The translations under genes were made by a program, and so were the position numbers. From assembly GCF_001194135.2 (NCBI RefSeq), contig NC_068992.1, positions 6,259,712 to 6,323,711 on the forward strand: 64,000 bases of DNA, given 5' to 3'. The DNA comes from Octopus bimaculoides. Its lineage: Eukaryota. The notes beneath the pieces were generated by a model. It saw nothing but the letters and a program-made list of their open reading frames with translations. It made no database searches and was not told where the DNA came from. This document shows positions 54,390 through 64,000 of the stretch, piece by piece (the first letter of the stretch is position 1; every line of letters starts with the position of its first letter).

Positions 54390-54691
54390 AGTTCTCGGTG
54401 ATGAGAATAAAGTCTCTAAAACTGATAGGGAGACTCAAAGGAATGCTTTGGTAGAATCGTAGGAATCTAATGCTCTTAGCTTAGTTTTTCTTGAGGCTGG
54501 CCAGATTGCAGCAATATCGAGTATAACCAGCCGAAATTACAAAGATAGTCTAGATCTCGACTGATGAAAGAAAACTCCGAATGACCTGTCCTTGTTTTCT
54601 TTGTATCGTCTCTCTGGATGTTTTGTTGTCCCTTTCTTGTATCACCTAACTGTCTGGATGTTTTGCGTTCTTGTCCCATTTTGTATTATAT

Positions 54692-54751
<60 letters not shown>

Positions 54752-54760
54752 ATGTGTGTG

Positions 54761-54792
<32 letters not shown>

Positions 54793-54990
54793 TGTATGTT
54801 CGAGGGCTACGGCTCAAGGTGGAGCAACGCCTAAGAAAACCGTACGTCTGCTATAAAAACTTAATGCTTTGTAAATGAGTGATTGTCTCGTCTTTGTCTC
54901 ACGATGTGCTTCTTCGGGCTTTGCTTCGTATGGAAACGAAAGTAATAGTTTATCCAGGTGCATTTTGTATATATTAAAATCCATGCCATG
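54390..54990. mobile_element. Unclassified interspersed repeat split by a microsatellite
   Basis: GC-richer block with internal repeated ctggatgttttg. I recall it as an abundant octopus repeat, but the class is not determinable here. Confidence 0.4.
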
Positions 54991-55064
54991 TAATTTACAC
55001 AAAGCTATCTCAGAAGTTATCTAGAGCACAGTTAAGTTGCGTATGAAGTGTTTTACGTCATCAG

Positions 55065-55098
<34 letters not shown>

Positions 55099-55727
55099 CG
55101 CACACAGCTGACGCACATTACCACACTAGTATAAATGTATTTGTATATGTATTTCTTCTTTTCATAAGCAAAGATTTCGGTTTGTGAAGACTTTCATAAC
55201 AACATACTATATAATGAGTAACTCATGTGTGTTTGTTACAGTTACACAATACCTGTAAATCATTGCATCGCTTGTCGTGTTATTTTCTCGAAATGACTTA
55301 TATTTTGATGTAATATCTCTAGACATCACTTTTATAGTTAATGGCGGGGTAAATCTTTTTTAGAAATTTTCTTTCATGGCTAGTTTACGTTATATTTCCC
55401 ATTTACAAAATAAAAATGAAATACAAAACTAAATTACTTTCATTTGACATTTGATGCCTTGTACAAGTTTTACTCGCTTCCTGGGTCAATGAATGCAAAA
55501 TATAAATCGAGAAAATTTGCTAGAATATTTTGCTTTGCTGAACTTTATGTTGTGATAGATAATAAGCTACTCGAACAGAATAAATCCACTCTTTGCTTGG
55601 CTATTGCAGTCTTTGATAAACGTAAATTTCATTATTGACATATAATAACTACTAGTCATTCTCAGTTTGATATTTTATAGTAACTCTTTGCCCTTTTCAC
55701 ATTGTTACAAGAACATCAGATCAGTGT

Positions 55728-55800
<73 letters not shown>

Positions 55801-56761
55801 ATACATACGTATATATATATATATATTTGTGTGTATATATTCACACATTCATATATGCGCATGTACATGTATGTGTTTATATGCCCCTGAAAACAAATGC
55901 AAACAATAATGTGTGTGCTTTTTACCCATCATAGTCAGTAGTTATAACTACAACCTTTTTACATCCAAGCTAGCTTGAAGCTATGAAGAATTGTCACATT
56001 AACAAACCTATTCAAGGACGTTTCTCTTGGGGTTTTTTTTCTCAATGCTTATATACAAAATGTTAGTCTTTAGATGAAGAAGCAGTGAAATTAGATACAT
56101 GTAATATCACCCTAATACCACAAAGATCAATTAGGTCACTGTGGAAAACATAACGTTCGGCGACTGATTTAGTAGAGTATAAAATATTTACTGAATAGAC
56201 GTTACGTGCTTATGTCCTACTACCAACTTGAAATTTCACCTTCTGTTAAATCTTTCTTGTTGAATACTGCATTGAATATATTACGTTGCTTTACGTTAGC
56301 CCTAGACATGTGAGCTACATGTCTTTCCAGTCGTGCCCACCTTGTCATTTATTATAGGAACATTACATAAAGGACCATTTCGTCCAATAATACATGTAAT
56401 TTTAGGAATTGTATTGTAATTTTAGAGAAAAATTAGCGGTATTTTACATCACAAATCGTGATACTGTGTAGAGATTCATTTGAATGTCTGTTGCTTAAAA
56501 TATGCAATCATGTATTCGTAGCTTTCTTATACATATTAATCTCTTACCCCAAGTTAATATACCTCCTACATTACACGCTTATTAATTGGTATATTTCCAA
56601 AATCATGCTGTCGATCAGCTACAAATATTATCAATTTCCTAAAATGACACCCTACTGTACTCAATAAGGGAAAATAATTATTTCAAATTTTAGCTCAGAG
56701 CCAGAATTTTCGTGAAAGTGGGCAAGTCGGCGACATCGTTCGTAGTATTTAATTAGTAAAT

Positions 56762-56850
56762 ATTTTATCGAACTCGAAAAGATGAAAGGCAATGTCGACC
56801 TTGGCGGCATTTAAAATCAGAACGTCTGACGAAATACTGCCGAAATACGC
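56762..56850 (-). mobile_element. SINE fragment (7809-type)
   Basis: aaagatgaaaggcaatgtcgaccttggcggcatttaaaatcagaacgt is the reverse complement of the SINE head/body. Confidence 0.75.
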
Positions 56851-58684
56851 CTTAAAGCCCCATAAAATAAAACAGTTGTACATATTTCACATAATATTCG
56901 ACTGGGTTGTTTTTTAATCATAACGGACCAGAACTGCTTAATCATTACTGACCTGTTGCTAAACAAAAGAAGATAATAAAATTTAAGAAAATAGATCCGA
57001 AACAATAAATCTTCTGTGAAGTCATCTGCTTTGAAAGAAGTAGCAGACGTCCTTCCACTCAGTCTCATGCTCATATTACAAATTTGAAGGAAATTTTTTT
57101 CGGTTCTCAATATAATGTATAGAAATCAAATGATGTGGGCATGAGTCGAATGGCTTCGATCATATATTTGCTTACTTGAGATTGCCTAGATCTATAACAG
57201 CAACAAAAATAGTGATATTAGAATAAACATTAAGACTATCCGTCACTTCGATTAGATCGAAAAAACAACAGCAACATCAAAAATGAAATAAACTCGGATT
57301 TTAATACTAAGGTAAAGAAACAAATATTTACCTGATTTTAAATTTGATAAAAAAAAAAGAAAAATTGCTGTTTCATGGATTTATTTTTTCTATAGATTTT
57401 GTTAACATTAGTTTAAGACACAATTTGTTATTTTGTTTTAATTTTCAGTTTTAATTATGTTATATTCTTATTCATCCTTTGCGGCAAGTAGTTTCCTAAC
57501 AAGTAATAAGGTGTAATGTTAATCCTGTCTCCATATGATCGAATTTATTTGGTATCCATGATTAAATGAAACGTTCCAAGCCTGCATATGGAATCGATGT
57601 TGGTCACAAAACTAGCAAGCCTTGTCTTGGAATGGTTAACATTTAGTCTGTTCCAAACTGCAATTCTATTAATACAGCAAGAAGGGATAAAATTAGAACA
57701 ACACATATCACGAAAATCTATTTCCCAAGATTGCCTTTTTCAGAAAGGAAAAAATAAGGTTTCTATCTGTGAAGAAACTGGTACAATAGAATATGTTGCG
57801 TTGGTTTCTCTTTATAGGTATGTCGGCTGACTAAAGTTCGACGTTACTTTTGATTCTTAGTTGTTGCAAATTCATGATTGTCTTGGGAAATCATCTGATA
57901 CATTTCTTTGCATATGATGTAAACTATATGGTAATAAGATATGATCGGTGAAAGCTTCTCTATGAGAACTATACGGTCATCCTACACTATGTCAGCGTTC
58001 TTTAGTGACGAAAAAGTATTTTTTGTCTACTCTGTGTGAACATTAGTAGATAAGAATATTGAAAAAGACCATAATATATAGCACGGGTTGTTCGTTTAAA
58101 GTTGAATAACTCTGAGACCAACCACCAATGAAAAATTTCACTGAAGTGAATGAAGTAAAACGTATAATTTATTACAGAAATTCGCAATGCGTTTCGGATT
58201 TAATAATTTTAACCAAGCACAAGTTTTCGATAACATACTTTTCGATTTGATTGCCTACACTCTATTGAAAAGCTGCCTTAGTTATCGGTGAGCATCGCCT
58301 CAAAGTTCCACAATTTCCATCATTAATGTACAGATGCACCGTTAATAAGCAAATATAATTTTGAGTTAATTTGAGTAATTTGAACGATGGTTTACAAATC
58401 TCTTGACATAACAATGTTTCGCTTGATAAAATAGTATGAGATTTATAAGAAAATCATTCAGATAGATTTAAGTATTTCGAATGGGAGTATTGAAATATTA
58501 AATATGTATTCCATAACATTTATTTGTCGGTTTTTGTCAATCGAAAAAGCAAACAATAAGCTATCTTGTCATTGTCAAATACTTGTGCGTTATTGCATCG
58601 AAGTGTGTCTTTGACGTCTTCCAAAAATATTCTTATATTTCACCGTTTAATTTCTACAATTCCTGCCAAATAATCCTTTCTACC

Positions 58685-58886
58685 ACTGACACAAGGCCTC
58701 AAATGTGGGGGAGGGAGAAATTCGATCAGATCGACCCTAGTACTCAACTGATACTTATTTTATCGGACCCGAAAGGATGAAAAGTAAACTCAACCGCGGC
58801 GGAATTTGTACTCAGAACATGAAGATGGACGCAGTACCCCGAAGAACTTTGCTTGGTGTGCGCTAGCAATTCTTCCAACTCACCGA
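58685..58886 (-). mobile_element. SINE (7809-type)
   Basis: Reverse complement of the full element, ending ttcttccaactcaccg. Confidence 0.85.
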
Positions 58887-59326
58887 CTTATATCGTCTGC
58901 AAAATAATGGCGGGCGTTGCATGTTGGAACTACGTCGTATATTTTCTAAATTTATAAACCGCCTCCCATATATGCGCTTAGCAGTATAATTCTTTACAGC
59001 TTATTTAATTTATATGTAATATTCATCAGTTTATTGAAAGTGTCAATTCCCAGGAGCGTTTCGTAGTTCACATTAACGATTTACAAATTATGAAAGCATT
59101 TTTAATACAACTATTTTTAAAATCTGGCATACTTTTAATGTAAATAGATCCCTGTAGAATCCGCAGTCAATATGTATGGTAACTGATACATAACATTTAT
59201 ACATACACATTCACACAAAGACAAATATATATAAACACACATATATGTTTTCAGAGCTACACGCACGCACAACCACACGCACACGCGCACACACACACAC
59301 ACACACGCACACACACACACACACAT

Positions 59327-59374
<48 letters not shown>

Positions 59375-59421
59375 ATATACATATAAAATACACGTGACGT
59401 TTTTCGTTAGTCAACACACTC

Positions 59422-59455
<34 letters not shown>

Positions 59456-59457
59456 AC

Positions 59458-59530
<73 letters not shown>

Positions 59531-60454
59531 TACTATATATATATATTAAAGTTATGTGTGCGTGCGTATGTGGGTATATGTGTGTATGTGGGTATGTGTA
59601 TTATTTAGAAAGTTTCTCTATATTTAGTTTTCTTTTTGACATTGGCATATGGTTTTGAAGAATTTAGAAGATGTCATTAGAAAGTAAATTATAGTAGCAT
59701 CTAAATTCTAACCACATACTGCAAAAAGGTTTTAATTAATTTCCAAGACTGTAGTCGTGAATTCTTTATGATACTCGAGAAGAAAATATTGTCAGGATAC
59801 GTGTCAAGTGAATCTTTCTCATTCGCAGAGAATATAAAAAAATGGCGGAAATTATCTCTTAACGCTTATTTTTATTCTTTAAGTATACACTCTGCTTTCA
59901 TAATTAGCAAACAGAAAATAAAGAATTTCACAAACTCAATTATTCTTTTCTTGTTATAGTGAATGACACTGAAAAAGTAATTTAAACTTCCTAAATTCAA
60001 ATAAAATTTGAAACTTAAAATTTACTTTATTTCTAGTATATTCTATATTCCTAATTATCGTAGTACTATTCAACGGAATCCCACACAGGGCAAGAAAAGT
60101 AGAAACATTCATAAGCAACTTAAATTCGTCCAGAATTCTCTTGAAAAAAAAAGAACAAACAATTACCTGTTGTTTTAAAGACATACGCATTTAAATGACG
60201 AAAGTTTTACAGCTAACATCCAGTCCTCCTCCCCCCTCTCTCTCTCTCATGAATGAGATAAGTTTATTGGTGGGAGTTTTTTTATGTTAAAAAGAGAAGG
60301 TAGAACGCCGTCAAACCACACTATAACATTTCATAAGGAAAAAGACATTGATGGACTGGTAATTTCGTGAATACAAAATTATGTAGAGGGGGCGACTGAA
60401 ATTGCTTTGATTAAACGTTTTGCCTCATCAAGGAGAGAATGTACATCTTTAACA

Positions 60455-60895
60455 ACTTTTATCTTTTACTTGTTAGTCGTCCGATTGCGGCCATACTGTA
60501 GCATCGCCTTAAAAGGATTTAGTCGAACAGGTGTGCACCAGAATTTTTTTCTACGCCTAGTACTTATTCTGTCGGTCATTTTTGCCGAACCGCTAAGATA
60601 CGCGTACGTAAGCACACCAACCCCGGTAGTCAAGTGGTGGTGGGGGGCAAACACAGACAGACACACAGATATATTCATACATACATATATATATATGTAC
60701 ATACATACATATATATNNNNNNNNNNGCGCGTGTGTGTGTGTGTGTGTGTATATGACAGGCTTCTTTCAGTTTCTATCTACAAAATTCATTTTCAAAACT
60801 TGGATGACCCGAGACTTGTCCAAATTACCACGCAGTGAGACTGAACCCGGAAGCACGTGGCAGGGGAACCAAGCTTTTTACCACACAGCCACGCT
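60455..60895 (-). mobile_element. Near full-length SINE (43221-type) with internal microsatellite and N10 gap
   Basis: Head rc ...actgaacccggaagcacgtgg...ttaccacacagccac; tail rc ttgcggccatactgtagcatcgcc. Confidence 0.85.
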
Positions 60896-61322
60896 AATTT
60901 TTTATATGATAAATTAATGTACATTTCCGAAATCAGCTAAAATTATATTTTTAAGAAATAAGTTATGAATTTCCGACTATAAAAAATATTTTGATTCCAA
61001 AGTCGTTCCTTTTGCATAATAGAAAATCTTTCACAAAAATCAGTTTGCAGCTGAAAGAATATATGAATTCTAGAGAGTTCATACAGCTGCAATATCTGTA
61101 ACACAGGAAAAAAGCAAACAATACACACAGAAAAGAGAATACACAAAAGACTAGAAATAAAAGCAAGAAAGAAATGTAAATGTCACAAATGTGTGAAAGT
61201 AAACGAAAAATCTGAACTAAATAATGAAAATTAAACTTATACACATATAGAGAAAAACCTTCAAATAATAGTATGTATTTGGAATAGACAAACAAATACA
61301 TACACGCATAAACGCTTACAAA

Positions 61323-61435
<113 letters not shown>

Positions 61436-63717
61436 GTGTGTATGTGAGACGTGATCGTGATCGCTTGCACTGCTAAAAATAATGCTAACGTCTCCCTCGA
61501 ATCTGTCTCAGAAATTTAAAGAGATCACATTTGTTTCGACCGGAAACTAAGGAAAAAACAAACGCAGCATATAGAAACGATTATGAGCCCATTAAGAAGC
61601 TCTAGAATGTAGAGATAATATATGATAATCAGTTTATATCCACTCAATCAGAATTAAACAGGAGCTAAAGAGGAACAAAAGGGGAAAAAAATAATGGAAA
61701 AACATGTTACGTATGCTTTCAAAATACAATCTGAACTACCTGCAAAATATACGGTGGACTTGTTCTCTCCCCTATGAAAGACAGAAGTTTTCACCCATTC
61801 ATTACAGAGCGGTAGAGTTTCTTATAAAATAATTTGTGATATTTACTTACAATCATTTATATTGTAATTTCAGTTCAAGCTAATGTCAAATGTTGTTTAT
61901 TTTAATTTTAAGACTTGCAGAAACAATGTATGTGTGTATGTGGGTGCGTGTATATATATATATATATGTATGTATGTATATACAAGCGGATCTTTCTTTC
62001 TGTCCACTGCCTTCCTAAAGAAAAGGCGTGCTTTTTTCTATCTCTTCTCTCATAGCTCGTCTATCTAGCGTTCATAATAATTTTTCCATCGTCTTGGCTT
62101 AACAGTTCTCACCGTTTGTTTTTACTGTCTTGTTCCCAGTGTCCTGTTCTTGTTAACACTTTTACCCTCCGTAAAAATACCAAATTTTATTTAATTTGCT
62201 TTGCGGGAAGGACTGTTCCAACGAAGGACTGTTCTTGTGCTGAGAACATGTCAAGCAAAGTTTCATAACGCGCCTTACATTTCGACATAGTTAACAGGCA
62301 CAACCCATATGCAATAATGGACTAAAAATTGAATGAGAGAAGAAATGAGAAAACGTGTGACGGAAGTATATACTGGAAGTGGAAGGTTAAAAAACCGGAA
62401 AACGAAAAAGTAATCAGAAATAAGTAAAAGGGGGAAAGTAGTTCTCTCTTAGACTGTAAATTATAAGGTTGGAAAGAATAGCTTATGGTACAAGTTAATG
62501 AGATATAGGAGGAACTTCAAAATTCTTCAATAGGAACTGAGGCATATGTTTACAAATGCTAAAAATGTCAGATCTAGAGTTCAGCAATGAGTTAGAGAAC
62601 TTAGGTCTTCAAAGTATTTCAGCTATACCCAGCTAAGCATTACTTACTTTTTTGTTTGCACAAGGTGTGTATTTTTCGATTATTTTTCACTTTATCATAT
62701 ATGGTGTTGTATATGATTTTATATATCTTAAATTATACTACCTAATATGGTGTTTACAATTTTCCAGGATGTAATGGCATGTACTAACTGAAATGTTCGT
62801 TCTATTTTCATCAGATTCTATGTTTACGGTCGTGACCTTAATATTTTCAACGGGCATCCTGCTTCGATTCTTGGTAAAAATTCTATTCATAAAGAGATCT
62901 TATATAATGCACTCCAAACTCCTTATATAATTAATATGTCTTCCACAGTATACGCCAAAGCTATCTAACAAATAACGACAAAAACGCCAAAAGAATGTTT
63001 GAAGTGTGACATGCGCATATAGAAATGTAATACATATTCCAAATTTTAGGGCAGCTAGAACAAACGTTGCAAAGGAGAAACGATGGAACACTGTACAGTA
63101 GTTCTCAGAAACCTAGATCTATTGCCGTTTTCAATTCTGAACCTGACACAATGTAATTGGAAAGCAAACTTCCTACCACATAGTCACGCCTGCGCCTATG
63201 ATATATAAAATCATTTAAGATTTTATTCAGTATATTTACTAAAACACAGCAGTTATTATATATTTGGTGACAAATTCCCGGCATGCTCCACTCATCTGCT
63301 TCCTTCTAGGCCTTTCTCTGTATGTTTTTGTGTATCAAGAACCAGTGTCCGCTATGTTCTTTTTGTTAGAATGGTAAAGTGTGATTCCAGGGACATATTG
63401 TAACTTATGCTAACATTTTAGCCATTCGAAAAACCCCACCCTAACCCAAAACTCATTTTGTGTAATCGTATTCCTTATTAAAATCAAATAGCACAAGTTA
63501 AATGAGTTTTCGGGCCATTGATTTTGTTCTACTCTCTTCATTGTTAAGAAAATAACGCTCTTAATTTCTTTCGTTTTGCATTTTAAAGTACATTCTAAAT
63601 AGGTTTCTTTAAGTACTTATGTATATGATATGCCCATTTGTGAAGTATTTTATTTGCTAATTAAAATTAATTTTCGCTTTAGCTTTTTATGATTAGAAAA
63701 AATTTGTGTACATCGCA

Positions 63718-63734
63718 TAGATAGATAGATAGAT

Positions 63735-63795
<61 letters not shown>

Positions 63796-63832
63796 GGATG
63801 GATGGATGGATGGATGGATGGATGGATGGATT
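63718..63832. repeat. (GATA)n followed by (GGAT)n
   Basis: Directly visible. Confidence 0.95.
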
Positions 63833-64000
63833 GAGGGCTTTATAAACGCATGTTTATTGATATATTTGTAGCAAATGTTATGTAAGGTATTTTGTGTGTA
63901 AGCATATCAGCATATTTTAGTTTGTAATGCAAAGGCATACCTAAAGTTAAATTTTTACTCGTCTCTATAATTTGGGAATTAAATAGAACTATTTCTAACA

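Noticed and set aside
57588-57830. Plus-strand ORF ending near the donor TATAG|GTATGT
   Set aside because: No recognisable domain or compatible neighbouring exon.
62730-63091. Minus-strand segment resembling GPCR TM7/helix 8 plus tail
   Set aside because: NPxxY is absent (ITFLY), there is an internal stop, no upstream TM helices share a consistent frame, and other frames look equally protein-like.

Overview
AT-rich eukaryotic DNA from a draft assembly with about 10 N-gaps. It is very dense in microsatellites and carries tRNA-headed SINEs that I recognise as octopus/coleoid cephalopod types (taxon inferred from the repeats). Confident content is almost all repeat: about 12 SINE copies, three mariner relics, a TA-flanked MITE, and fragments of R4/Dong-like, Tx1/L1-like, CR1/L2-like and possibly Penelope retroelements. 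No intact, nameable protein-coding gene is visible, and most ORFs in the track are microsatellite or gap artefacts. By-eye translation gives three candidates worth testing. (1) A decayed NLR-like locus on + (about 14.4-19.7 kb) with CARD-like, NACHT Walker A/B-like and helical-domain-like pieces in the expected order, interrupted by two mariners. (2) A phase-consistent 3-4 exon orphan gene model on - (24.6-27.7 kb). (3) A 137-aa hydrophobic ORF on - (37.2-37.6 kb) that aligns without gaps to the M1-M2 region of Cys-loop receptors, the family that includes octopus chemotactile receptors. All three rest on manual motif recognition, not database searches. In DNA this AT-rich, ORFs up to about 100 codons occur by chance.
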